Source: an uncultured Bacteroidota bacterium | Lineage (GTDB): Bacteria > Bacteroidota > Ignavibacteria > UBA10030 > UBA6906 | Assembly: GCA_963700635.1 (NCBI GenBank) | Contig: CAVOYH010000003.1 | Location: 512,001 to 576,000 of the forward strand | DNA length: 64,000 bases | Reading direction: 5' to 3' | Shown: positions 17,212 to 27,092 of the stretch, piece by piece | Layout: the number at the start of each line of letters is the position of its first letter | Numbering within the stretch: the stretch's first letter is position 1 | Program-made: the position numbers and the translations under genes | Notes under the pieces: generated by a model | Told to the model about the DNA's origin: nothing | The model's database searches: none | The model's input: only the letters and a program-made list of their open reading frames with translations

Positions 17212-18537
17212 TCAGACATCACGGAGTACTTTTTCCGCGGCGGTTTCCCCGCTCTGAATTGCGCCTTCAATCGTGGCAGGAAGCCCGGTGTCTGTCCAGT
17301 CTCCAGCCAAAAAAAGGTTCGTTATGGATGTTTCCGATCCCGGACGCCGTTGCTCGGTCTCCGGGGTAAGAGAGACCGTTGCCCGCTTTTCACGTATGAC
17401 CAGGACATGACGGGGAGTCCCCACGCTGTTCCCGAAGACATCCCGTAACTCTTCCAGCGCCACCCTGACCAGCGCCTCCTGCGGCAGATCGACAAGACCG
17501 TGGGCGGCGCTGATGACGAGCGAAATATGAGTCTTCTTCCGAAAAATCCATTGTACGGTTTTCCCCATCAAACCCACCATTTCCCGATCCATAAAATCGG
17601 TGGCAAACCACAGATGTATGGAAACGATCGGGGAAACCGCCATCGGGATATCCGCTTCGAGTCCGTGGGGACGCCTCATCCCCGGGGGATAGAGCTCCAT
17701 TGCCCGTGCGTGCGGCACTGCGAGAAGGACAGACCGGCACGGAATATCCTTTCCATCACGAAGCCGAACTCCCGTAAGAATCTCCCCCTCTCTCACCAAT
17801 TCGCGGACATCAGCATTACAGCGAACCACTCCGCCGTGCGCCACAATGGCCTGCCGGGCGGGTTCCGCAAAAATCTGGCTGAGACCCGCCTCCGGAAAGA
17901 CAAGGGCTGCGTCGTGCCAGTGCCGCAAGAATGCAGTGTGCAGCGCATCCAGAAACGTGGCCGCAGAAGCGGTCTCAATACGTTCGTTCATGATAGAGAG
18001 GGCAAGAGGAGTCCAGAACGATGTGCGCACGCTTTCCGGTTGGCGGCATTGCTCAAGCCATTGCAAAATGGTTTTTCCATCGCGGGGTCTTTTTTTCGCT
18101 CCCGGACGGCGCCAAATGTCCAGACCGGCGCGAAGGACGAAAAATCGTTCAGCGGGAGTAAAAAGAGAGGATGTGAAAATCCCCCAGACCAGATGCATCG
18201 GAGCTGGAAGTGCTGCAAGCCGGAACTCAACAAATCCTTTCCGGGGATGGAAAAACGTGAGGGTGGGGCGCTGTTGAATTCTCAGCAAATGCCGTGAACC
18301 GATGGATTCAGCAAAGGCGAGCGTGCGGGTGTATCCGGCGATCAGAAGATGTTGTCCGTTGTCGACACTGTCACCGGTGACCGTGTCGGTAAACGATGAG
18401 GCGCGCCCCCCCAGTGCGGGACGTTGTTCCAGGAGAAGGACAGGGAGTCCTCCGGCGCTTAACCGCGCTGCCGCGGTGAGTCCGGCGAGTCCACCCCCGA
18501 CTACAATGACGGGGTCGCGGTTGTCTTGTCTTTCCAA
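17212..18537 (-). CDS. hpnE: Hydroxysqualene dehydroxylase
   Basis: FAD motif GGGLAGL, LGGRASS, DNGQHLLIAGY and AGDWTDTGLPATIEGAIQSG; follows hpnC-hpnD. TTG start overlaps hpnD. Confidence 0.88.
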   Translation of the reverse strand: MERQDNRDPVIVVGGGLAGLTAAARLSAGGLPVLLLEQRPALGGRASSFTDTVTGDSVDNGQHLLIAGYTRTLAFAESIGSRHLLRIQQRPTLTFFHPRKGFVEFRLAALPAPMHLVWGIFTSSLFTPAERFFVLRAGLDIWRRPGAKKRPRDGKTILQWLEQCRQPESVRTSFWTPLALSIMNERIETASAATFLDALHTAFLRHWHDAALVFPEAGLSQIFAEPARQAIVAHGGVVRCNADVRELVREGEILTGVRLRDGKDIPCRSVLLAVPHARAMELYPPGMRRPHGLEADIPMAVSPIVSIHLWFATDFMDREMVGLMGKTVQWIFRKKTHISLVISAAHGLVDLPQEALVRVALEELRDVFGNSVGTPRHVLVIREKRATVSLTPETEQRRPGSETSITNLFLAGDWTDTGLPATIEGAIQSGETAAEKVLRDV

Positions 18538-19397
18538 CTCGGACCGCGTTTCATCCAGGAATACTTCAGGCGATGGCTCAGCCAGTACCGGAAGGCAATG
18601 AGCAGCTTCAAAAATTTTGAGATGGAGATACGGCGTTCGAACACGTCATAGTCGGATGCAATGATCCGGTTCAGGGTATGGGCGTAGATCGACCACATGA
18701 TCCGCGCGGCAAAGAAAAACCGTTTGTCCTCATCCTGAAGGGCTTCCCGTGCCAGATCAAAGTACCTGCTGGCACGGCCACATTCGAACCGCATGAGCTC
18801 GACGAATTGAGGCGTGTAGCGACTCTGAAGGAGGTCATCTTCGGAATAGCCGAACCGGCGTAGATCTTCCTGCGGGATGTAGATCCGTCCCCGCTTCGCA
18901 TCATCCTTGATATCGCGCAAAATATTGGTAAGCTGGAGGGCAATCCCGAGATTGATTGCATAATCACGCGTGGACTCATTCCGGTAGCCGAAGATATTCC
19001 GGCACATCAGGCCGACCGAAGATGCCACAAGATAACAATAGTCCTTCAGTTCATCGAATGTCTGGTACCGTGTCCGCGTCAGATCCATCTCCATCCCGTG
19101 GATAAGCTCGTAAAAATGTTCCACGGGAATGTGGAAGCGTCGGGCGGTAATGCTCAACTGGTTAAGCAATGGGAATGCCGACGTACCCCGCAGCGCTTTG
19201 CCGAGTTCCATGCGCCATTTCCGGAGGAGAACGACCTTATTCCGCTCGTCCCGTTCCTCATCAACAATATCGTCGGTCGTGCGGCAGAACGCGTACACGG
19301 TATGGATCGCCTCACGTTTTTGCCGGGGCAAAAGGGAGAACGAATAATAGAAGCTGGTGTTGCTGCTTCGTGTTATTGCTGTGGCCGAGGCGTTCAT
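18501..19397 (-). CDS. hpnD: Presqualene diphosphate synthase
   Basis: SFYYSFSLLP, YAFCRTTDDIVD, YCYLVASSVG and LQLTNILRDIKDD...GRIYIP motifs. Confidence 0.88.
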   Translation of the reverse strand: MNASATAITRSSNTSFYYSFSLLPRQKREAIHTVYAFCRTTDDIVDEERDERNKVVLLRKWRMELGKALRGTSAFPLLNQLSITARRFHIPVEHFYELIHGMEMDLTRTRYQTFDELKDYCYLVASSVGLMCRNIFGYRNESTRDYAINLGIALQLTNILRDIKDDAKRGRIYIPQEDLRRFGYSEDDLLQSRYTPQFVELMRFECGRASRYFDLAREALQDEDKRFFFAARIMWSIYAHTLNRIIASDYDVFERRISISKFLKLLIAFRYWLSHRLKYSWMKRGPSWKDKTTATPSL

Positions 19398-20263
19398 AAT
19401 GGACTATTCCCGACAGCTCCGAACAGCATCCGTGCCTTGTCTCCCGTGGTCAGGGTGGGACGGTTGTGCATAACAGTGTACTTCTCTCCAACGATACGTT
19501 CGAGGATAGCGAGCCCGCCTCTCAGGGTCATGGACAATTCAAGGCGGAGGCGGCCGGAGACCATAGTCAAGAGTGGAACACCATCCAGCAAAAACCCCCG
19601 GGCCCGATCCACCTGAAATGCCATCAAAGCCCGGAAACGGTCATCGCTGACCCCGCTGGCAATATCCGTTTCATTATAACCAAATCGTGCAAGATCGTCA
19701 AGCGGAACATACAACCGGCCGCGACTCCAATCCACAGAGAAGTCCTGGCAGAAGTTGGCAAGTTGAAGTCCGGTGCAGAGTGCATCGGAAGAAATCCTGG
19801 TTTCCGGACTGGAAACCCCGAAGAGGTGCAGGACGAGGTGTCCGACCGGATTGGCCGAAAAACGGCAGTATGAATGTAATTCTGCAAAAGTGGGATACCG
19901 TTTGACGGTAACGTCCATGCGGAAAGCCCGAAGGAGATCGTCCAGCGGCTTTTGGGGCAGACCTGTTTTGCGGATGGTTTCCTTGAGAGCAATGAACACC
20001 GGATGATCCGCCTGCCCGCCGTACACCTGATCGAGTTTCTTCTGCCAATCATCCAGGAGTTGGAGACGTTCAGCAGCTTCCCGGGCTCCCTCATCGGCAA
20101 AATCGTCAGCCAGGCGCGCAAAAGCGTAGACGACCGCGACAAAGGGACGAATGGCATGGGGAATTGCCAGTGAGGCAACTGGGAAGTTCTCGTAATGGGA
20201 CCGGGCGATTGCCTCGCAGTAGGCAAATGCATTCCGGACAGTATCCGCATGACCCTTGCTCAT
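19394..20263 (-). CDS. hpnC: Hydroxysqualene synthase
   Basis: HYENFPVAS, YAFARLADDFADEG, YCRFSANPVG and LQLANFCQD...GRLYVP motifs. Confidence 0.9.
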   Translation of the reverse strand: MSKGHADTVRNAFAYCEAIARSHYENFPVASLAIPHAIRPFVAVVYAFARLADDFADEGAREAAERLQLLDDWQKKLDQVYGGQADHPVFIALKETIRKTGLPQKPLDDLLRAFRMDVTVKRYPTFAELHSYCRFSANPVGHLVLHLFGVSSPETRISSDALCTGLQLANFCQDFSVDWSRGRLYVPLDDLARFGYNETDIASGVSDDRFRALMAFQVDRARGFLLDGVPLLTMVSGRLRLELSMTLRGGLAILERIVGEKYTVMHNRPTLTTGDKARMLFGAVGNSPL

Positions 20264-20268
20264 AGTGG

Positions 20269-20297
20269 AAGATATCCATTGACCCGGAAAAGGTCAA
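20269..20297 (-). promoter_or_regulatory. Sigma70 promoter of hpnCDE, predicted leaderless, overlapped by a palindrome
   Basis: TTGACC-N17-TATCTT-N5-ATG(20263). The palindrome ATTGACC-N7-GGTCAAT lies at 20278-20298. Confidence 0.65.
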
Positions 20298-20302
20298 TCA
20301 TC

Positions 20303-20331
20303 TTGCTCTTTTGGCCGGATTCGCGTATCTT
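20303..20331 (+). promoter_or_regulatory. Sigma70 promoter of the tRNA-tilS-hpt-ftsH operon
   Basis: TTGCTC-N17-TATCTT ending 16 nt before the tRNA. Confidence 0.65.
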
Positions 20332-20347
20332 GTGGAACAATACACGA

Positions 20348-20421
20348 GGCGGGATAGCTCAGATGGTTAGAGCAGTGGAATCATAATCCACGTGTCGGGG
20401 GTTCGAATCCCTCTCCCGCTA
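20348..20421 (+). tRNA. tRNA with CAT anticodon, most likely elongator tRNA-Met; CCA not encoded
   Basis: Cloverleaf: GGCGGGA/TCCCGCT acceptor stem, GCTC/GAGC D arm, GTGGA-ATCATAA-TCCAC anticodon arm, GGGGG-TTCGAAT-CCCTC T arm, discriminator A. Confidence 0.95.
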
Positions 20422-20425
20422 CGAC

Positions 20426-21823
20426 ATGATGGCTGCGTCATTGAATCTGCCGGCCCGGTTCCGTGAGTTTGTGGACGCTCACAACCTGATTGCCAGGCAT
20501 GACAGTATTGTGGTGGCGGTCAGTGGCGGTGTGGATTCAATTGTGCTTTTGCACCTGCTGGCCGGTGAGCGGACGCGCCGGGATCTGCATATTCTGGTTG
20601 CACACTTTAATCACCAGTTGCGCGGTGACGAAGCGGAGGCAGACCAGGTCTTCGTCGGCGGACTCGCAACGCACTATGGTGTGCCTTTCCAGGCTGGACG
20701 GGGTTGTGTCAAGCAAGAGGCTGCGTCCAGGGGTATCGGTATTGAGGAAGCAGCCCGTTCCTTACGCTATACCTTCCTCGATGAGGTCAGAACCCTCCGG
20801 ACATACACACGGATCGCGACAGGGCACAACGCTGACGATAACACCGAGACCGTTTTGCTTAACCTGTTCCGCGGTTCAGGGATCCGGGGCCTGGCCGGAA
20901 TCCCGGTTTCGCGCAATGACGGAAGCATCATCCGTCCGCTGTTATTTGCAACGAGAGAAGAAATCCTCGCGTATGCATCGGCATCCGGGCTGGAATACCG
21001 TGAAGATACCACCAACGCAACAGACGCCCATGTACGGAATATTCTCCGTCATCACGTGCTGCCGGTGGTCAGGGAAAAAATTCAACCGGATGTGACCCGG
21101 GCCGTGCTTCGCACGTCAGGGCTGTTTCGCGAGCTGGATGTGTATGTCACGCAGGTTGCACGCACCGGCCTCGACCAGGTTGTGACTCGTCGTACCGGCG
21201 AGGAGGTGCTTCTCTCGGTTCCCCTCCTCCAGCGTTTCCCGGGAGCAATACAATCTGCTCTTCTCGTCCAGGCTACGATCTTGCTGACGGGATTACGTCC
21301 CGGCTTCAAACACACGGAACGACTCCTCCGGCTTTGTTCGTCAAAGGTCGGCGCAACGATCGGACTCGGGACAGATTGGCAGGCCTCCCGGACGCGTGAT
21401 GGGCTCCGGATCGGCAAGCGGCCACCCCGGGAACAGTTTGTTTATACCGTTCAGCCGGATACGTTGTACACGGCGGCGGGAGGAGAGTTTCGCTTTACTC
21501 TCCTGGACCGGACCGCCTATGACGCGGCGCCCAGGGCGGAGGGGGAATATGTTGACGCGGCCCGCACCGGACACACCGGGCTCGTCCTGCGGTCATGGCA
21601 ACGTGGTGACCGTTTTGTGCCGCTCGGCATGCACCGACACAAAAAGCTGAGCGATTTGTTCGTCGATGCCGGTATCCCGGCATATCAAAAGTACCGGTAT
21701 CCGGTACTGGCGTCCGCCTCCGGCGACATCATCTGGGTATGCGGATTGCGGATCGACAATCGCTTCAAAGTCACGGACAGCACCACCCAGGTGTTACGGC
21801 TTCAGTTTTTTCAGGGAGAGTGA
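20426..21823 (+). CDS. tilS: tRNA(Ile)-lysidine synthetase
   Basis: PP-loop VSGGVDS, HFNHQLR, EEAARSLRY, TGHNADDNTET, IRPLL and TilS C-terminal KKLSDLFVDAGIP. Confidence 0.96.
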   Translation: MMAASLNLPARFREFVDAHNLIARHDSIVVAVSGGVDSIVLLHLLAGERTRRDLHILVAHFNHQLRGDEAEADQVFVGGLATHYGVPFQAGRGCVKQEAASRGIGIEEAARSLRYTFLDEVRTLRTYTRIATGHNADDNTETVLLNLFRGSGIRGLAGIPVSRNDGSIIRPLLFATREEILAYASASGLEYREDTTNATDAHVRNILRHHVLPVVREKIQPDVTRAVLRTSGLFRELDVYVTQVARTGLDQVVTRRTGEEVLLSVPLLQRFPGAIQSALLVQATILLTGLRPGFKHTERLLRLCSSKVGATIGLGTDWQASRTRDGLRIGKRPPREQFVYTVQPDTLYTAAGGEFRFTLLDRTAYDAAPRAEGEYVDAARTGHTGLVLRSWQRGDRFVPLGMHRHKKLSDLFVDAGIPAYQKYRYPVLASASGDIIWVCGLRIDNRFKVTDSTTQVLRLQFFQGE

Positions 21824-21831
21824 ACGAACGT

Positions 21832-22374
21832 ATGGCGAAGCACCTCACCGTAAACGGTGATACATTCGAGCTGATGATCAGCGAACGCAAGATCAAGAAC
21901 CGCATCAAGGAGCTGGCGGCGGATCTTAACAGGGATTACCGGGGCAGAACTCCGGTGTTCATCGGCATCCTCAACGGCTCTTTTATCTTCTTCGCCGATC
22001 TGATACGCGAAATCACCATCGGCTGTGAAGTTGATTTTCTCAAGCTTTCAAGCTATGGCGACGCAAAAATCAGCTCCGGTAACGTGCGGCTGCTGAAAGA
22101 CTTAAACTGTGAGGTCACCGGCCGCGATATCATTATCGTGGAAGATATCGTGGATTCGGGCCTTTCCATGAAGTATATCCGGGATTTGATTCTCCGACAG
22201 AACCCGCTCTCATTCAAAGTTGTTACACTGTTGTACAAGCCGGCATCGGTAAAAAGTGATATACAGCTCGACTATGTCGGTTTTACGATCAATCCGGAGT
22301 TTGTCATAGGGTACGGATTGGATTATGCTCAACGGGAACGAAATCTCAAAGCCATCTACAAAATGAAATCCTGA
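21832..22374 (+). CDS. hpt: Hypoxanthine phosphoribosyltransferase
   Basis: ILNGSFIFFADL, IIVEDIVDSGLS and FVIGYGLDY motifs; tilS-hpt-ftsH synteny. Start reassigned to ATG 21832. Confidence 0.95.
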   Translation: MAKHLTVNGDTFELMISERKIKNRIKELAADLNRDYRGRTPVFIGILNGSFIFFADLIREITIGCEVDFLKLSSYGDAKISSGNVRLLKDLNCEVTGRDIIIVEDIVDSGLSMKYIRDLILRQNPLSFKVVTLLYKPASVKSDIQLDYVGFTINPEFVIGYGLDYAQRERNLKAIYKMKS

Positions 22375-22383
22375 AACAAACGT

Positions 22384-24441
22384 ATGAACAATTCGAAAAA
22401 TACCGACAACGGCGGCCGTAAGGGTCCCGACAACAAACGTGGCCTCCAGCGCCCGCAGCGGAACAAAAAGCCGGGACCACCTTTCCGCCAGGAAGACGAC
22501 TTCAACTGGAACAAAGTCCTCAAAGTCGTCCTGAGCTGGTCTGCCATCATTCTGCTCGTGTTTCTTGTGATGACCCTGTTCAAGGGCACAGAGCCGACCG
22601 AGGTGGCCATCACAGACACAGAGTACCAGGGATTCCTGCAGCAGAACCATATCAAGCGTGCAACGATTAAGAAATCGGAACTTACCAACTATGATTTCCA
22701 CGGCGAGTTAAAATCTCCTCAACGAGTGGAACGGAACGGACGCGAAATCCCTGTCACGCATTTTGTCCTGACATTGCTTGTCATCGACAACGATGTCGTC
22801 AAGGACTGGAGAGCCCATGGTGTGGAGTTCACGGTTGAAAAGGAAGATAATTTCTGGGTGAACGGACTCGTGAACGCCCTGCCCTGGGTGCTTTTGCTGG
22901 TGGTCTGGCTGATCATCATGCGCCGGATGCAGGGGGCCGGGCCCAAGGGGATCTTCTCTTTCGGAAAAAGCAGGGCAAAAGTGCTCAACGAAGGCGCTCC
23001 GCGTATTACCTTCCTCGATGTGGCAGGAGCGGATGAGGCGAAGCAGGAATTGATGGAGATCATTGAATTCCTCAAAGAACCGGGCAAGTTCCAGAAACTG
23101 GGTGGCAAGATACCACGCGGCGTCATTTTACTCGGCCCTCCGGGTACCGGCAAGACCCTCCTGGCACGTGCTATTGCCGGTGAAGCGGGCGTTCCGTTCT
23201 TTTCGATCTCGGGTGCGGATTTTGTAGAGATGTTTGTGGGCGTTGGTGCAAGCCGCGTTCGCGATCTTTTTGAGCAGGGGAAAAAGAGTGCGCCCTGTAT
23301 TATCTTCATCGACGAAATTGATGCCGTGGGCCGTCACCGCGGTGCTGGACTGGGCGGTGGCCACGACGAACGGGAACAGACGTTGAACCAGCTTCTCGTG
23401 GAAATGGACGGATTCGAGCAGAACAGCGGTGTCATCATCATTGCAGCAACGAACCGCCCGGACGTCCTTGATCCCGCGCTCATGCGCCCCGGCCGCTTTG
23501 ACCGTCAGGTGGTCGTCGACCGCCCGGATGTCAAAGGCCGCGAAGGCATCCTGCGCGTGCATACCAAGAACATCCCCCTCTCCGACGACGTCAAACTGGA
23601 GGTCCTTGCAAAGGGAACACCGGGTCTCGCCGGTGCGGAACTTGCAAATCTTGTCAACGAAGCGGCGCTGCTTGCCGCCCGCCAGAATGCGCGCTCGGTG
23701 AATATGCAACACTTCGAAGATTCCAAGGACAAGGTGATGATGGGTATGGAACGGAAGAGCCTCATCATCTCCGAAGAGGAACGTAAGATAACGTCATACC
23801 ACGAAATCGGCCATGTGCTTGTTGCCCGCATGCTTCCGGAAGCCGATCCGGTGCATAAGGTCACGATTATTCCACGCGGCCGGGCGCTGGGACTTACAAC
23901 CTATCTGCCCATTGATGAAAAGCATACCTACTCCAAGGCCTATCTGGAGGCGATGATCACGTATGCACTGGGCGGCCGCGCGGCCGAGAAGCTGATTTTC
24001 AAACAACTCACAACCGGCGCCGGAAATGATATCGAACGGGCCACGGATATCGCCCGCAAAATGGTCTGTGAGTGGGGTATGAGCGAGAAATTGGGCCCGC
24101 TGGCGTACGGACAGAAGGATGAAGAGATCTTTCTCGGGCGTCAGATTACCCGCCATAAGAACTACAGCGAAGAGACTGCCATCACTATTGATGATGAGAT
24201 CAAGAAGATCGTATCCGGTGGCCTCAAACGTGCGGAAAAGATTCTTACCGAAAACGTAAAGACCCTCCACCGGCTCGCATCGGCCCTCCTGGAGCGCGAA
24301 ATCCTGGATTCCACCGAAATTGATGCGGTGATTCGCGGTGAGGAACTTCCACCCGTCGAAAAACGCGGAAACGGTACACCCCCGCAGCTGCCTGAGAGTC
24401 CGCCGGACAAGGCACCGGATTCAGCTGCAACAAAAAGATGA
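22384..24441 (+). CDS. ftsH: ATP-dependent zinc metalloprotease FtsH
   Basis: Two TMs, [24 protein letters not shown] and HEIGH motifs. Confidence 0.98.
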   Translation: MNNSKNTDNGGRKGPDNKRGLQRPQRNKKPGPPFRQEDDFNWNKVLKVVLSWSAIILLVFLVMTLFKGTEPTEVAITDTEYQGFLQQNHIKRATIKKSELTNYDFHGELKSPQRVERNGREIPVTHFVLTLLVIDNDVVKDWRAHGVEFTVEKEDNFWVNGLVNALPWVLLLVVWLIIMRRMQGAGPKGIFSFGKSRAKVLNEGAPRITFLDVAGADEAKQELMEIIEFLKEPGKFQKLGGKIPRGVILLGPPGTGKTLLARAIAGEAGVPFFSISGADFVEMFVGVGASRVRDLFEQGKKSAPCIIFIDEIDAVGRHRGAGLGGGHDEREQTLNQLLVEMDGFEQNSGVIIIAATNRPDVLDPALMRPGRFDRQVVVDRPDVKGREGILRVHTKNIPLSDDVKLEVLAKGTPGLAGAELANLVNEAALLAARQNARSVNMQHFEDSKDKVMMGMERKSLIISEEERKITSYHEIGHVLVARMLPEADPVHKVTIIPRGRALGLTTYLPIDEKHTYSKAYLEAMITYALGGRAAEKLIFKQLTTGAGNDIERATDIARKMVCEWGMSEKLGPLAYGQKDEEIFLGRQITRHKNYSEETAITIDDEIKKIVSGGLKRAEKILTENVKTLHRLASALLEREILDSTEIDAVIRGEELPPVEKRGNGTPPQLPESPPDKAPDSAATKR

Positions 24442-25106
24442 CCGGGCCACAAAGTGTCGAGACAAGCTATTCATCCGAGCTCGTACGGAAGGCGATCCAT
24501 ATGTGCTCGCTCTCGATCCCGGTTGTCTATTTTTTCATCTCCAGGTCGACCGCGCTCTCCATTCTGATCCCGCTCACGCTCTTCTTCGGACTTTCCGATC
24601 TGGGGCGGCTCTTTATCCCTGCATTCGGGCGGCTCTACCACCGCCTCTTTGGGTTCCTGCTCCGCAACCGCGAACGGAACACACAGCGCCGTCGCCTCAA
24701 TGGCGCAACCTACGTTCTGCTCTCTGCGACACTCTGTGTCTGGTTGTTCCCGAAAATCATCGTTATCACCGCATTCGCCATTTTGATCATCTCGGATACC
24801 GCCGCGGCCCTGATCGGCCGTAAATTCGGCCGCCACCCGCTTTTTGGCAAGACGCGTGAGGGAACAACAGCATTCTTCGTGACGGCGCTGCTTGTGGTTG
24901 CCGTTGCACCAAAAGTCCTCTATCTCCCCGCAGAATATATGATCGGCGTCGCCGCGGCCTTTGTCGGAACATTCGTGGAAGCTCTCTCAGGGGACCTGAT
25001 CGATGATAATCTCAGCATCCCTCTTGCCATCAGCCTCGTCATGTGGGGACTGTACGTCTTGCTTCTGCCTTCCATCAATGTGTTTGCGCTCGAAGGAGCA
25101 GGCTGA
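24438..25106 (+). CDS. CTP-dependent polyprenol/phytol/diacylglycerol kinase family (SEC59-like) membrane protein
   Basis: RKAIH, SDTAAALIGRKFG...KTREG and DDNLSIP motifs. Confidence 0.85.
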   Translation: MTGPQSVETSYSSELVRKAIHMCSLSIPVVYFFISRSTALSILIPLTLFFGLSDLGRLFIPAFGRLYHRLFGFLLRNRERNTQRRRLNGATYVLLSATLCVWLFPKIIVITAFAILIISDTAAALIGRKFGRHPLFGKTREGTTAFFVTALLVVAVAPKVLYLPAEYMIGVAAAFVGTFVEALSGDLIDDNLSIPLAISLVMWGLYVLLLPSINVFALEGAG

Positions 25107-25585
25107 TGCGTGTGTACCTCTCGGGGGGCATGGAATACGCTACGGATGAGGGCCGTTCGTGGCGGGAAGATCTTGAACTCTGGCTTGCAAACGAACTGGG
25201 ATGGCTGTCATTCAACCCCAACCGGGAAAGCGACCGGTTCCTGGCCACCCACACTCCAGACACACTATTCCGTACTCTCAAGACCAGTGACCGCAGAAGA
25301 TTTCTGGACCTCGTTACCCAGATCGTCGACATCGACAGCAATGAGGTGGCGGAACGGGCCGACTGTGTGATCTGTTACTGGGATGAGGGAGCCATGCGTG
25401 GCGCGGGAACCAAGGGTGAACTGACTATCGCCCGGTATTTCAGGAAGCCGGTCTATCTTGTCACACAGACGCCTTTCGCCGAGATCCCCGGCTGGGTGCT
25501 GGGGTGCACCACCGAAATGTTCGGGAGTTTTGAGGACCTGAAGGCGTTTCTACGAAACATACCCCGTCAACACGGCGGCCGCTGA
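25106..25585 (+). CDS. Nucleoside 2-deoxyribosyltransferase-like protein
   Basis: Start reassigned to ATG 25106. Motifs VYLSGGME...WRE...FNP...D...ADCVI...GAGTKGELTIARYFRKPVY fit the NDT/DNPH1 fold with the conserved Glu. Confidence 0.65.
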   Translation: MRVYLSGGMEYATDEGRSWREDLELWLANELGWLSFNPNRESDRFLATHTPDTLFRTLKTSDRRRFLDLVTQIVDIDSNEVAERADCVICYWDEGAMRGAGTKGELTIARYFRKPVYLVTQTPFAEIPGWVLGCTTEMFGSFEDLKAFLRNIPRQHGGR

Positions 25586-25586
25586 C

Positions 25587-27092
25587 CTACCTCTCCAGCA
25601 CATCCTTCACCGTTATCACCCTGATGTTCTCCTCTTTTACCAGAAGGGGAAAGACTGCGATTTCCCTGTCAGCAGCAAGCACGGCTTCCGGCTTTGGAGT
25701 CGAATAACTGATCGGACTCGGTGTGCCCGTGAGCAGCGCATCACGCAGAGCCGCACCGTCCTTCGTGATAATGGCTATGTGCATCATCCCGATGTGCAGG
25801 TTTCTTCTGATGGCGGCATTCACTTCTTCCCGCGACAGTTCATCCATCATCGTGCGGAACTTCTCAAGATGACTACCCTCAATCCCGTAGAACCGGTCGT
25901 CAAGCGCATACCCCAGCCGTGCCATTGTTGTCGGTGCAAAATGCAGCGCGTACTTCTTCAGGAAGTTCCGGGTCTGCTGGAATTGCTCTTCGGTGAGACC
26001 CTGTTCCACCAGGGTCTTGAGCTCCCGGAGCGCCGCGCGCAGGGCAAAGACGCCGTGCTCAAGAGGAACCGGACGAATCCAGATTTCGAACAGATGAAGT
26101 CTGCGCGCAACATTCTGCGGCGGCATCTGAAGCGAGCCGCCATACGGAAAGTGCTCGATATATGAGTAGTCTCCATAATTCAACCCGCGCGCCTCGCGGA
26201 TTACCTGATACAAATGACTGCTCGAGTTACGGTGCTCTCCAAACCAGGAATTTGCGATAGCCAGGGCATACCATTCCCTGTCGCCGCGCACCGGCCGGAT
26301 AGGGAATCCCATCGACAGTGCCGTTGCAGGCGCATCCTTTTCGAGGATCGTGACGGATAACCCGTTGATCGGCACAGGCATTGGCATGGGCGCCGGCAGC
26401 GTGGCTCCGGACGGAAGAGTCCCCAGATCCACAGCGAGACGGCGGATCAGGTCATCGTCATATCCCCCGCCCACACCCGGCACCACGTTATCCCGGGTAT
26501 AATACAACGTATAGAACATCCTGACGTCATCAAGAGTGATTCGCTTCACACCTTCCACAGTCCCCATGACGGTGTGTCCGTAACACGAACCAGCAAACAC
26601 ATCGGAATAGAGAACTGCCTTCCCGAGCTCTTCATCGTTTGAATACCGCAGCGTGTTTTCAAGATAGTTGATCGTCTGGCTCTTGATCCGGTCCAGATCC
26701 TCTTGTGTAAATGCGGGGGAGAGGATGGCTTCCGTGAAAAAGGGATAAAACGCCGGGAGGTTGTCCTTGTGGACACGCCCCATGAAGACCGTCATTTCTG
26801 TCGACACGGATGCACTGTAACCCGCCGCAAGAGGATACAGTTTGTCAAGAATCTGCGCATAGGTGTGCGTCCGCGTGGAAGCATCTGCGAGCATCTGACC
26901 GGTGACATACGCAAGACCTTCTTTCCCGGTTGGGTCACGCTGGGATCCTGTTTTGAACCATATCCGGAATGAAACCGTGGGGTCGTTCTTGACGGGCAGC
27001 AGGACAAACGTACTCGCATTCACAGGTTGACCTCCGGCTTCAGGAACGGAGAAGAGTAGGAGCAAGACGACGATGGCTGCGAAACTTTTCAT
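25587..27092 (-). CDS. M16B peptidase, non-catalytic subunit (exported)
   Basis: GSQRDPTGKEGLAY without HxxEH; IREARGLNYG R/Y pair; signal peptide. Confidence 0.85.
   Translation of the reverse strand: MKSFAAIVVLLLLFSVPEAGGQPVNASTFVLLPVKNDPTVSFRIWFKTGSQRDPTGKEGLAYVTGQMLADASTRTHTYAQILDKLYPLAAGYSASVSTEMTVFMGRVHKDNLPAFYPFFTEAILSPAFTQEDLDRIKSQTINYLENTLRYSNDEELGKAVLYSDVFAGSCYGHTVMGTVEGVKRITLDDVRMFYTLYYTRDNVVPGVGGGYDDDLIRRLAVDLGTLPSGATLPAPMPMPVPINGLSVTILEKDAPATALSMGFPIRPVRGDREWYALAIANSWFGEHRNSSSHLYQVIREARGLNYGDYSYIEHFPYGGSLQMPPQNVARRLHLFEIWIRPVPLEHGVFALRAALRELKTLVEQGLTEEQFQQTRNFLKKYALHFAPTTMARLGYALDDRFYGIEGSHLEKFRTMMDELSREEVNAAIRRNLHIGMMHIAIITKDGAALRDALLTGTPSPISYSTPKPEAVLAADREIAVFPLLVKEENIRVITVKDVLER

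Noticed and set aside
18501-20263. Reading the two synthases as crtB/crtM carotenoid genes
   Set aside because: The HYENFPV motif and the C-D-E order with an HpnE-type flavoprotein fit hpnCDE better.
20348-20421. tRNA as an integration site for an island
   Set aside because: No integrase, no duplicated tRNA 3' end noticed, and the flanks are core genes.
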